Shown here piece by piece: positions 1 to 8,715 of a DNA stretch of 64,000 nucleotides (its first letter is position 1; each line of letters opens with the position of its first letter). Where the stretch lies: contig JBBAKM010000007.1 in NCBI GenBank assembly GCA_040403495.1, positions 486 to 64,485 of the forward strand, given 5' to 3'. The stretch is from Bacteroidia bacterium. GTDB taxonomy: Bacteria > Bacteroidota > Bacteroidia > NS11-12g > UBA955. The notes under the pieces were generated by a model. The model saw only the letters and a program-made list of their open reading frames with translations. It was not told the origin of the DNA and did not search any database. The position numbers and the translations under genes are program-made.

Positions 1-1383
1 TTAATGACACAGAATCTAAATGTAACTTCTTATTGTATGAAAAATGATAGGTATGAACAGTGTCGGGCAACTGCCATCCAAACACCAAATCAACCTTTTT
101 TCCTCTTTGCGCCAAACTATCCCCTGTTTTTAAAATATCTTGTAAACTTACACTGTCTTTATTTTCTTTGGTAAAATGTGTAAATCGTGCCATCTTTTGT
201 TCTCTTAAAACCCAAAATGGATAAGGATAGTAATACATGACAGATTCCATAATATAATCAGGTTCAGCAATGATTACCCTTTCTGTCACATGCGACAATT
301 GTAAGTCGTGCCCCAATTCGTTGGCATTTGAATTTTTGAAACGGAAGTCCATTTCATATGCTTGATATCCTTTGACAAACAAAACTGTTAATATAAAAGT
401 AAACGAAATTACACCCAATCCCATCAAGTTTCTAACCGTTGTTGAACTATTAAAATCCAATTTCAAATCTTCGTAACTACCTATTACTAATGCTATAAAT
501 CCAAATATAAACACGCCTTGGTGATGGAGGTAATTTTCTCTAATGTTTTGATGAAAAAAACTCATTATTATCATCAATGCAAATGCAGAAAACATGATAC
601 TTTTTCTTTTTACAAAAATCAACAAACTCAATAATAGCAATAATGTAGTTAACTCACGTTCTAAGGGAATTGACAAACCTAACAATTGAGGAAATCCAAT
701 TCCAACATCCCACACATGCACCCAAGACAACTCATTCCAAGTCCAAGACTTAACAACAAGACTTTGTTCATTGGGTAAACAAGTTAATATTGCAAAAAAG
801 ACAGAAAGTATTACTATTCCAATCGCTATAAATTGACCCATTCTCAATTTTGGGTTTTGAAAGATGTACAAGGCCAAAAATACTGGCGTAAACATGGTTG
901 CATAAAAATTAGTTTGGGGTAGTAATACCAAACAAATCAACGGCAATAATCCCTCCTTTTTTTGCGACAACATACAGGCAAACCAAAACATCAAAAACAC
1001 TGATATACCATAGTTTCGCGCATTGATGGAATATTCATAAAGACCGTAAAATCCAAAAACAATGAGTACTGCAAAAAGCCAATGAATTTTAGTTTTGAAC
1101 AGTAATAAATATACAAACCCTGCAGCAAACAATAATGACAAAAAGCCTAAAACTAAGGGAGTATTAAAAAGCGAATGAGATACTTTTAACAAAAAATACC
1201 ACAATATTGGATGACCTTCATTTTTTAAATTCGTAAATAAATCAAGAAAAGAATCCGATGAAAGGGCAATACTCAATGGTCTTACTTCATCGCGCCAATA
1301 CACATGATTGACAATGCCGTATAAGACTAGAGCTCCCCAAGTTATAAAAACCAAAAGTCGAATATTCCTATCGACTTTTGACA
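1..1383 (-). CDS. Integral membrane protein, 3'-partial at the window edge; multi-TM, GT-C-like glycosyltransferase/ArnT-PMT-like topology. The start ATG is at 1381-1383.
   Basis: An open frame runs on the minus strand from the ATG at 1383 to position 1 with no stop. The translation (MSKVDRNIRLLVFITWGALVLYG...WRDEVRPL...) is highly hydrophobic with many predicted TM helices. Its last gene in the operon is the asparaginase gene, whose stop codon it abuts. Confidence 0.45.
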
Positions 1384-1385
1384 TA

Positions 1386-2417
1386 TCAGTGCATTTTAAT
1401 TGAGTTAAATTGAGGCAGTTGAAGGTCCACTGTTTTAGTTTCACCTGTCACCATACCACCAAAATTCTTATTTTCAGTCGCAATGTAATGATGCAAGGTC
1501 GCATTATCAGCCTCTGACAAAAGCTGCATTTTTTCAACAACTGCTTGAGCCACATTGTATTGAGGCCCCATTTTACCATCGTCAATTTTAATACACACCC
1601 CCAATTGTTGCTTAACAATTCCTAAAGAATATACGCCATCAGCGCCTGTTTTACCTATCAACTCCCCTTTTGAAAGTCTCATAAGGTCGGTACAATATCT
1701 TTGTTTACCTGCTATCATTTCAGGGAACTCTACAATAGAATCAACCATTAATTTGCAAGCATTTTGAACCGATTGGTCGAACTTATTAGGCGCAACTAAT
1801 TGTCGGTAAGCGATGGCTTGGTTATAAACAGGGAAAGAAAAAATAGGTGCAGAACAACCATCAACGCCTTGTTTTATTAAACTCACAGGATACTCATGAA
1901 AATCAGAAATTACAGTCAAGATAGTTTGATGAAGCGCATGAGTTGGCTGAATATAAGTGGCAATATCTAAATTGTTGTAAACGCAATAGGCCAAAAACCC
2001 TGCATGTTTTCCACTACAATTGTTATGAATTTTTTGAGGTTTTATATCATTTTTAATCAGCAAATATTGGTCTTCTCTGAGTGTAGGCATTTGAGGACCA
2101 CATTGCAAATCATCTTCTTTCAAGCCAATTTTATTTAAGATAGAACGCACCGTTTCAACGTGGGTAGGTTCACCATTGTGACTCCCGCACATAATTGCTA
2201 TTTCTTTCCTAGTAAACCCAAAATGCTCAATAGCGCCAGAACAAAGCAAAGGGATTTGTTGAAAAAACTTAAGTGCAGAACGCGGAAAACAGACTTGTTT
2301 TACATCGCCTTGTTGGTATAAAATATGATTATCAGAATCTACAATACAGATAACTCCACGGTGAAAACTTTCCAAAACGTCTCCACGCATTACTTCTACT
2401 AAAATCGGGTTACTCAT
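1386..2417 (-). CDS. L-asparaginase II family protein (DUF/AnsA-like, pfam06089-type)
   Basis: 343 aa. It carries the diagnostic 'HNNCSGKHAGF' motif of the asparaginase II family. The start ATG overlaps the pyrB stop by 1 nt (TAATG). Confidence 0.7.
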   Translation of the reverse strand: MSNPILVEVMRGDVLESFHRGVICIVDSDNHILYQQGDVKQVCFPRSALKFFQQIPLLCSGAIEHFGFTRKEIAIMCGSHNGEPTHVETVRSILNKIGLKEDDLQCGPQMPTLREDQYLLIKNDIKPQKIHNNCSGKHAGFLAYCVYNNLDIATYIQPTHALHQTILTVISDFHEYPVSLIKQGVDGCSAPIFSFPVYNQAIAYRQLVAPNKFDQSVQNACKLMVDSIVEFPEMIAGKQRYCTDLMRLSKGELIGKTGADGVYSLGIVKQQLGVCIKIDDGKMGPQYNVAQAVVEKMQLLSEADNATLHHYIATENKNFGGMVTGETKTVDLQLPQFNSIKMH

Positions 2418-3349
2418 TAATTTTTATTAATATTATTAGCTAGCAAGAACATACAAGCCATTCTGATGGCAACGCCATTCTCTACTTGGTCTAAAATGAT
2501 ACTTAAGTCACTATCAGCAACCTCACTTGTTATCTCCACACCTCTATTGATAGGTCCGGGATGCATAATAGTAATTGGTTTATCAAGCTTTTTAATTAAG
2601 TCCATTGTTAATCCATATTGTAAACTGTATTCCCTTAAAGATGGGAAATATTTATCATCTTGTCTTTCCATTTGAATGCGCAACATATTGGCAACATCGC
2701 ACCATTGAAGGGCTTTTTCCAATTGATGTTCCACTTTTACACCCAACTGTTCTATGTGTTTGGGAATTAATGTTGTTGGTCCGCAAACCATCACTTGGGC
2801 TCCTAATTTATTAAGACACAATATATTTGACAAAGCTACTCTACTGTGTAAAATATCACCCACTATTAGCACTTTCTTTCCTGCCACATCGCCATAAGTT
2901 TCGCGAATAGAGTATGCATCCAAAAGGGCTTGAGTAGGATGTTCATGCGTTCCGTCGCCTGCGTTTAATATAGCAGCATCAATGTGTTTAGACAAAAACA
3001 CACAAGCACCAGGACTAGGGTGACGCATTACCACCATATCCACTTTCATGCTTAATATATTTTTAACCGTATCTATCAATGTTTCACCTTTGGTAACCGA
3101 AGAGGAAGAGGATGAAAAGTTGATAATATCGGCACTTAGTCTTTTTTGGGCAAGTTCGAATGAAATTCTTGTTCTAGTAGAGTTTTCGAAAAACAAGTTA
3201 GCAACAGTAATATCACGAAGAGAAGGCACTTTTTTTATCGGACGGTTAATAATGGCTTTAAAGTTATCTGCCGTTTCAAAAATCAGTTGAATATCCGCTT
3301 CTGAAAGGTCTTTAATGCCCAATAAATGATTTACTGATAATTTACTCAT
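2417..3349 (-). CDS. pyrB: Aspartate carbamoyltransferase catalytic subunit
   Basis: 310 aa. Carbamoyl-phosphate-binding motif 'STRTR', aspartate-binding 'HPTQ' and the 'HPGP' C-terminal motif are present. The gene overlaps the pyrR stop by 8 nt. Confidence 0.9.
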   Translation of the reverse strand: MSKLSVNHLLGIKDLSEADIQLIFETADNFKAIINRPIKKVPSLRDITVANLFFENSTRTRISFELAQKRLSADIINFSSSSSSVTKGETLIDTVKNILSMKVDMVVMRHPSPGACVFLSKHIDAAILNAGDGTHEHPTQALLDAYSIRETYGDVAGKKVLIVGDILHSRVALSNILCLNKLGAQVMVCGPTTLIPKHIEQLGVKVEHQLEKALQWCDVANMLRIQMERQDDKYFPSLREYSLQYGLTMDLIKKLDKPITIMHPGPINRGVEITSEVADSDLSIILDQVENGVAIRMACMFLLANNINKN

Positions 3350-3878
3350 GCGTTTTTAACCAAACTTTATAATTATTTTCTTGCCAATCTACTTTAACCT
3401 TTTGATTTTGACCTCTTGTATCAATGGATTTACCAACATAATCGGCACTAATTGGATTTTCTCTGTGGTATTTTCTGTCTATCAACACACACAATTCTAC
3501 TTTATCGGGTCTGCCAAAATCCACCAAAGCATCCATGGCACTTCTGATAGAACGTCCCGTGTACAAAACATCATCTATTAAGATAATTTTCAACCCTTCG
3601 GTACTAAAAGGAATGTGAATAGGACTGGCAGACAACTGCTTTTCGGAAGACCTAAAATCATCTCGGTAAAAAGTAATATCCAATTCACCATAGTTGATTT
3701 TTTTTCCTATAATTTCTTCAATCTTATTTTTGATAAACCTAGCTGGCAAAACACCTCTGGGTTGCAACCCAATGATTGCGGTATTAGAAAAATCATCGTA
3801 GTTCTCTATCAACTCATAAGCCAACCTGTTTAGGGTTACAATAAGTTTGTGGTGATCAAATAATAATTTTTCTTCCAT
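3342..3878 (-). CDS. pyrR: Bifunctional pyrimidine operon regulator / uracil phosphoribosyltransferase PyrR
   Basis: 178 aa. It has the PRTase fold motif 'ILIDDVLYTGRSIRSA' and lies directly upstream of pyrB, as in classic pyr operons. Confidence 0.85.
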   Translation of the reverse strand: MEEKLLFDHHKLIVTLNRLAYELIENYDDFSNTAIIGLQPRGVLPARFIKNKIEEIIGKKINYGELDITFYRDDFRSSEKQLSASPIHIPFSTEGLKIILIDDVLYTGRSIRSAMDALVDFGRPDKVELCVLIDRKYHRENPISADYVGKSIDTRGQNQKVKVDWQENNYKVWLKTHE

Positions 3879-3881
3879 TGT

Positions 3882-4292
3882 TTATTTCGTTTCGGAAAGT
3901 TCTAAAATGATATCAAATTCATACTGAGTTAGCTTCATAACACTCAACCGTCCTTGTTTAACCAATCCAATGTTTGCCAAACGACTGTCATTTTTTATTT
4001 GTTCTAAAGTAACTGTTTTTTTGAGTGTTTGAAATGGTGCAACATCCACAACAACCCAATTGGTATCATCGGTTGTAGGGTCTTGGTAATGTTCTTTAAC
4101 AATTTTTACAATTCCCACAATCTCTTTACCTTCATTGCTGTGATAAAAGAAACACAAATCCCCAACTTTCATTTCTCTGAGGTTATTTCGTGCTTGGTAA
4201 TTGCGAACACCGTCCCAAAAAGTCTTCTTGTCAGCCAACATTTGTTGCCAAGAGTACTTAAATGGCTCCGATTTTATCAACCAATGATTCAT
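3882..4292 (-). CDS. EVE (PUA-like) domain protein
   Basis: 136 aa. The N-terminus 'MNHWLIKSEPFKYSW' and the overall length and pattern match the EVE domain family. It is the first gene of the minus-strand EVE-pyrR-pyrB-asparaginase-membrane protein operon. Confidence 0.7.
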   Translation of the reverse strand: MNHWLIKSEPFKYSWQQMLADKKTFWDGVRNYQARNNLREMKVGDLCFFYHSNEGKEIVGIVKIVKEHYQDPTTDDTNWVVVDVAPFQTLKKTVTLEQIKNDSRLANIGLVKQGRLSVMKLTQYEFDIILELSETK

Positions 4293-4458
4293 TCATGCAA
4301 ATGAAAAGAAAAAAAATTGACTTTTCAACAGAAACAAAGAAAGATTATTCACTTAATATCTTGATAACTTAAGAGACAATCTTTCCTAATTAATTTTCAA
4401 CATGAATAAAATCTAATAATAAAATTTGTATTTTTGCTGTCACAAATAAGAATACGTT

Positions 4459-5568
4459 TTGGAAAATTTCATTGTATCAGCTAGAAAATATCGCCCTTCC
4501 GTTTTTGACGAGGTGGTGGGTCAAAGGCATATTACAGATACATTACTCAATGAAATCAACTCCAATCAACTGGCTCAATCATTTTTATTTACTGGTCCAA
4601 GAGGTGTAGGTAAAACAACTTGTGCCCGTATTTTAGCCAAGATTGTAAATCAAACTGAAAATGACAATCCTGACAATGATTACAGTTTTAATATCTTTGA
4701 ATTAGATGCTGCAAGCAACAACTCTGTAGAAGACATTCGTGGTCTTATAGAACAAATTAGAATACCGCCACAAACAGGTAAATACAAGGTTTATATTATT
4801 GACGAGGTTCACATGTTGTCCTCTCAAGCTTTTAATGCTTTTCTAAAAACCCTTGAAGAACCCCCTAAATATGCGATTTTCATTTTAGCGACGACTGAAA
4901 GACATAAAGTTCTTCCCACAATATTATCACGCTGCCAAATCTTCAATTTCAGAAGAATTCAGGTTAACGATATGGTAGAGCATCTTAAAAAAATTGCTTT
5001 AAAAGAAAATATTGAAGTTGAAGAGGAAGCCCTCCATGTTATTGCCGAAAAAGCAGATGGTGGTCTGCGTGACTGTTTATCAATATTCGACCAAATGGTC
5101 AGTTTTTCTAAAGGAAAAATCACCTACGAAAAAGCCATTGAAAACTTAAATATCCTTGACAGAAGTGTTTACTTCAAAATGACTGAATCAATTATAAGTC
5201 AAGATATTGCCCAAACACTTAATTCATTTGACAACATCATCCAACTTGGTTTTGATGGTCAATTATTCCTGAACGGATTAAGCGACCACTTTAGAAATCT
5301 ATTGGTTTGCAAAAACCCAAATACACACAAACTTTTGAATGTAAGCGACAACCACAAAGAACGCTACAAAATTCAAAGTGAGGAGTGCCAATTGTCTTTC
5401 TTGCTCAACGCACTTAATATCAACAACCAATTTGATATTGAATACAAAATGAGTAAAAACCAACGTTTACACATTGAACTTGCCCTATTAAAACTCTGTC
5501 ACATCAAAAGTTTAATCCAATCAAATCTAACATTGGAAGAATTAAAAAAAAAAGTGATGAGTATATAG
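4459..5568 (+). CDS. dnaX: DNA polymerase III subunit gamma/tau, N-terminal clamp-loader domains I-III (gamma-like product, 369 aa). It terminates just after an A10 tract.
   Basis: The ORF carries the Walker A motif 'GPRGVGKTTCARILAK', the 'DEVHML' box and an SRC-type sensor motif. It ends with ...LKKKVMSI* at the TAG at 5566-5568, immediately after the A-run at 5544-5553. Confidence 0.9.
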   Translation: MENFIVSARKYRPSVFDEVVGQRHITDTLLNEINSNQLAQSFLFTGPRGVGKTTCARILAKIVNQTENDNPDNDYSFNIFELDAASNNSVEDIRGLIEQIRIPPQTGKYKVYIIDEVHMLSSQAFNAFLKTLEEPPKYAIFILATTERHKVLPTILSRCQIFNFRRIQVNDMVEHLKKIALKENIEVEEEALHVIAEKADGGLRDCLSIFDQMVSFSKGKITYEKAIENLNILDRSVYFKMTESIISQDIAQTLNSFDNIIQLGFDGQLFLNGLSDHFRNLLVCKNPNTHKLLNVSDNHKERYKIQSEECQLSFLLNALNINNQFDIEYKMSKNQRLHIELALLKLCHIKSLIQSNLTLEELKKKVMSI

Positions 5569-6164
5569 CTTCTGTTAAAGAGCTAAAGAACAAACGTTTG
5601 ATTGATTCCAACAAACCGAAACATGGTGTGTTTGAGTCTGAATTAGCAACCAAAGAATACAAACTCCCCAAGATACCTTCCAAAGGCGCCATTACAGTTG
5701 AGGACAATGCCAAACAAATTTCAATACTTGAATTAGCCAAAGACGAAGAATCTGTCATTAAAATATCAGAGGACTTAATTAAACAAAGCTTGCCTCCAAT
5801 GGAACAAGTGCCTGTCCTGAATGAAACAACATTAATTGCAGCGAATCAATCATTTGGAAAAAGCAAACCTATTGCACTAGCTTCTCTCTTTAAAATTCTA
5901 AAATATGAATTAGTAGGAACTAACATCAATGTTCATTTAACCAAGCAACAAATTGAAAAAATTGGGGACCATAAAATTGATTGGCAAATTTATTTAAGGC
6001 AGTATTTCCAACTAAATGAAATTGTTTTAAATTTCAATGAAGACAATAGCGTTGAAGCCCCTAAAATTTCCTACACCTCTGCTGAACAGTTTAAAGAAAT
6101 GTACGATGAAAACAAGTCTATTCAAGAACTTGTAAAAACATTCAACTTAAAAATCAAGTATTAG
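5517..6164 (+). CDS. dnaX: Probable tau-specific C-terminal part of DnaX in the -1 frame relative to 4459..5568. It is reachable by a -1 ribosomal frameshift or transcriptional slippage in the A10 tract, or it is a homopolymer sequencing error.
   Basis: The -1 frame is open from 5517, well upstream of the TTG at 5598 used by the ORF track. It overlaps the A10 tract and continues 216 codons to 6164. There is no independent RBS or promoter context. The encoded sequence is hydrophilic and looks like a tau C-terminal domain. Confidence 0.55.
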   Translation, partial: PIKSNIGRIKKKSDEYIASVKELKNKRLIDSNKPKHGVFESELATKEYKLPKIPSKGAITVEDNAKQISILELAKDEESVIKISEDLIKQSLPPMEQVPVLNETTLIAANQSFGKSKPIALASLFKILKYELVGTNINVHLTKQQIEKIGDHKIDWQIYLRQYFQLNEIVLNFNEDNSVEAPKISYTSAEQFKEMYDENKSIQELVKTFNLKIKY

Positions 6165-7665
6165 TTTGGCTCGACTTATTGTGCTGGTGGTGGTACATTT
6201 TCAGAGCTGTAATAATAGCTAAATAACCCCAAAATGGTGCTGCAATTTTATCAAAATCAGTAAAGTTATTCAAAAAGGCGTGGACGTAATAGGTAAACAA
6301 ACCAAGCATTACAGCAGTACCCAAACTCTTTACCCATGGCAATACCGAAGGATGATATATGAGCCCCATTGCCAAATAAATAGAACTTAAAAAAACTGCA
6401 ACCCAACTCAAAAAACCAATCAGTCCCATTTCGGAAAGGGCATTAAAATATTCACTATGTGTGTTACCCAAGTCACCACTGTTGGTGCTAATAAGTGTTA
6501 AGTTTTCAGGTCTTTGAAATGGGGCATATTGGAACGTGTATGTTCCGGGACCGAAACCAAAAACAGGCCTTTCTTTGAACATTAAAACGGCACATTGCCA
6601 CCTGTTTACTCTTTCCAAATTGGAAGGATCGGTTGTAATATTTGAAACAGATTGTGCATGAGATTCTATGTCATCGGCACTCCCCTGCTTATTCTTTTCG
6701 AGACTGTATAAAAGTTGGTCTTGCCTAATCCAAGCAATTGACAAAATCAAAAGCAAAGCATACATCATGTGTTTAAAAGAAACTTTGAACTGCAATAGCA
6801 CGTAAAAAAACAATGCTGCCAATAAACTTATCCATGAAGCACGGGTGTAAGAAAAAATAATTCCCACAACCAAAACAATAAAGATACTAAAAAAAACGGT
6901 GCGATAAATCCAATTAAAATTGAATAACTGACCACGCAAAGTATACATTAAAGCTACGGGAACCAAAAATGAAATATAGGCCGAATACATGGTATGTTCT
7001 TGGAAAAAAGGCTTCATAATATCATACCCCCAACCTCTCGAAAAATCTTCTCTAGCATGTTTAACCAAGGTATAAAAAACCACTATAACCGTTCCATATA
7101 GCAAATAAGAAAGAAACTTTCTCACTACACTTGGATTCTTAAATAACTGAAGTAAGAAAAAGTAAAAAACGACCATAAACCAAGTACGGGCCAAAAAGTA
7201 CTTGAGAGAAACCATCGGCATTGAGCTTGCAAAAACGGTTACAAACATCCATACCCAATTGATAACTATAAATAAAATTAACGGATTATTGAATAATGAA
7301 ACCTTTATCTCTCCATTAATAAACAACTGGATGACATAAACCAAAAACAACAACCAAATCATTGGTTCTGTTGGTAAAGACAAGCCAAAACCACCTCCAA
7401 CATCGTCAACAAACAATGAAAAGGGAATTAAAAAACAAAGGATTAAAGTATAAAAAACTGGTCTGTAAATACAAATATAAACTGCAACTAGCGCAACAGG
7501 TAATAAGAGCATTTCATACACCCCAAAAAACAAAGAAATGCCAGTGATAGCAATAAAAAGCAATCCGATTAAATAGATTACTTGGTTTGATTTTTCTTTG
7601 AAATGGAGGTTTAAATAATTCAAATTAAACAGACTTGGTCGTTTGAATTTTTTCGTAAATGGCAA
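6154..7665 (-). CDS. O-antigen ligase/polymerase-like (Wzy_C domain) multi-TM membrane protein
   Basis: 503 aa with more than 10 hydrophobic helices and a large periplasmic loop, typical of the WaaL/Wzy family. It sits adjacent to Wzz-like and Wzx-like genes. Confidence 0.55.
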   Translation of the reverse strand: MPFTKKFKRPSLFNLNYLNLHFKEKSNQVIYLIGLLFIAITGISLFFGVYEMLLLPVALVAVYICIYRPVFYTLILCFLIPFSLFVDDVGGGFGLSLPTEPMIWLLFLVYVIQLFINGEIKVSLFNNPLILFIVINWVWMFVTVFASSMPMVSLKYFLARTWFMVVFYFFLLQLFKNPSVVRKFLSYLLYGTVIVVFYTLVKHAREDFSRGWGYDIMKPFFQEHTMYSAYISFLVPVALMYTLRGQLFNFNWIYRTVFFSIFIVLVVGIIFSYTRASWISLLAALFFYVLLQFKVSFKHMMYALLLILSIAWIRQDQLLYSLEKNKQGSADDIESHAQSVSNITTDPSNLERVNRWQCAVLMFKERPVFGFGPGTYTFQYAPFQRPENLTLISTNSGDLGNTHSEYFNALSEMGLIGFLSWVAVFLSSIYLAMGLIYHPSVLPWVKSLGTAVMLGLFTYYVHAFLNNFTDFDKIAAPFWGYLAIITALKMYHHQHNKSSQTNT

Positions 7666-8686
7666 AAACTAAAGCAGAAAACAAAATAGTAGCAATAAGA
7701 GTGACCAAAACAATTAATTTCCTAACGGGATAAGCACGTTGTTCAGCCACATCGGCACCACTTACTGTAAATTTATTATTCAATGTTTCCTTAACATCCA
7801 CTTCGGCTCTTTCAAATTTGGCTTTCAGTGCCGAAAAACGCTCAAGCTCCAAAAGTAAAGTCTCCGACAAGGAAGTGAAATTACCACCATGCTGAGCTAA
7901 ATTCTTCTGTTGTTCCATTAAGTCTAACACTTTGTTCATGTTTCCGGCAGCCCTAGCTTTGTATATTTCCTCAGACACAGCTCTGGTTTGTTCGATATAG
8001 TTTGTAACACCCTCCAAACCCAACTTATACATATCTTCCTTTATTTTATTAATTTCATTTTCTTTGGCAACCATTTGACGTTTAATAATTTCCAAAGCAG
8101 GAATAGCTACATCCAATTGAATTTCGTTTTTGATAGAATCGTATAAATCTAAAATACCGTTCGCCATTTTGGCGGCCATTTCAGGATTTTCATCCATAAC
8201 ATCTACTTTTATAGAAAGGTATCTGGTTCTTGAAAACTTAAAATTTGAACTGATTTTTTCATTTAACCTTGTTTTTTTATAATTACTTTTCGGATCAATT
8301 TTGTAATGTTCCATCAGTTTGTAATTTCTAATTAAACGTTCTGTAAGCTTAGAAGATTGTAAAATTTGTAAAGCTTTTTCGGCTTCCTCTTCTGCACCAA
8401 ACTCCAAAACATCCTTTTGTCTTTGGTTTAATTCTGCTAATAGTGCGTTACTAATGGAATTGTTAGTAGTTGGATAAAAAACAACTGTTGACTGATATTT
8501 AGGTGTAATCATAAACGACACAACCGAAGAAATAACAATTGCCAAAATTGACAATACGATAAATTGTTTTCTCCATCTGTAAAAAAGAGAAATGACATCA
8601 GCAAAAGTTATTATACCACTTGAAGGTTTTTCGAAAGAATTTTCCATGCTCAATAAATGAAACGCAAAAATAAGAATTTTAAGCAA
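7625..8686 (-). CDS. Polysaccharide chain-length determinant (Wzz/PCP family) protein
   Basis: 353 aa. It has an N-terminal TM helix after 'RWRKQFIVLSILAIVISSVV', a long coiled-coil periplasmic region and a C-terminal TM helix ('LIVLVTLIATILFSALVFAIY'). This is the PCP topology. It overlaps the downstream Wzy gene by 41 nt. Confidence 0.6.
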   Translation of the reverse strand: MLKILIFAFHLLSMENSFEKPSSGIITFADVISLFYRWRKQFIVLSILAIVISSVVSFMITPKYQSTVVFYPTTNNSISNALLAELNQRQKDVLEFGAEEEAEKALQILQSSKLTERLIRNYKLMEHYKIDPKSNYKKTRLNEKISSNFKFSRTRYLSIKVDVMDENPEMAAKMANGILDLYDSIKNEIQLDVAIPALEIIKRQMVAKENEINKIKEDMYKLGLEGVTNYIEQTRAVSEEIYKARAAGNMNKVLDLMEQQKNLAQHGGNFTSLSETLLLELERFSALKAKFERAEVDVKETLNNKFTVSGADVAEQRAYPVRKLIVLVTLIATILFSALVFAIYEKIQTTKSV

Positions 8687-8715
8687 TTCTCAAGGCTAAC
8701 TTAAATTAAAGTATT

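Noticed and set aside
4293-4458. PyrR-binding attenuator in the pyr operon leader
   Set aside because: I could not find a convincing match to the PyrR binding-loop consensus or a terminator/antiterminator pair by eye. It is left as a suggestion only.
5504-5758. 84-aa minus-strand ORF spanning the dnaX junction
   Set aside because: It is antisense to both dnaX frames, and no support exists for it. It is a shadow ORF.
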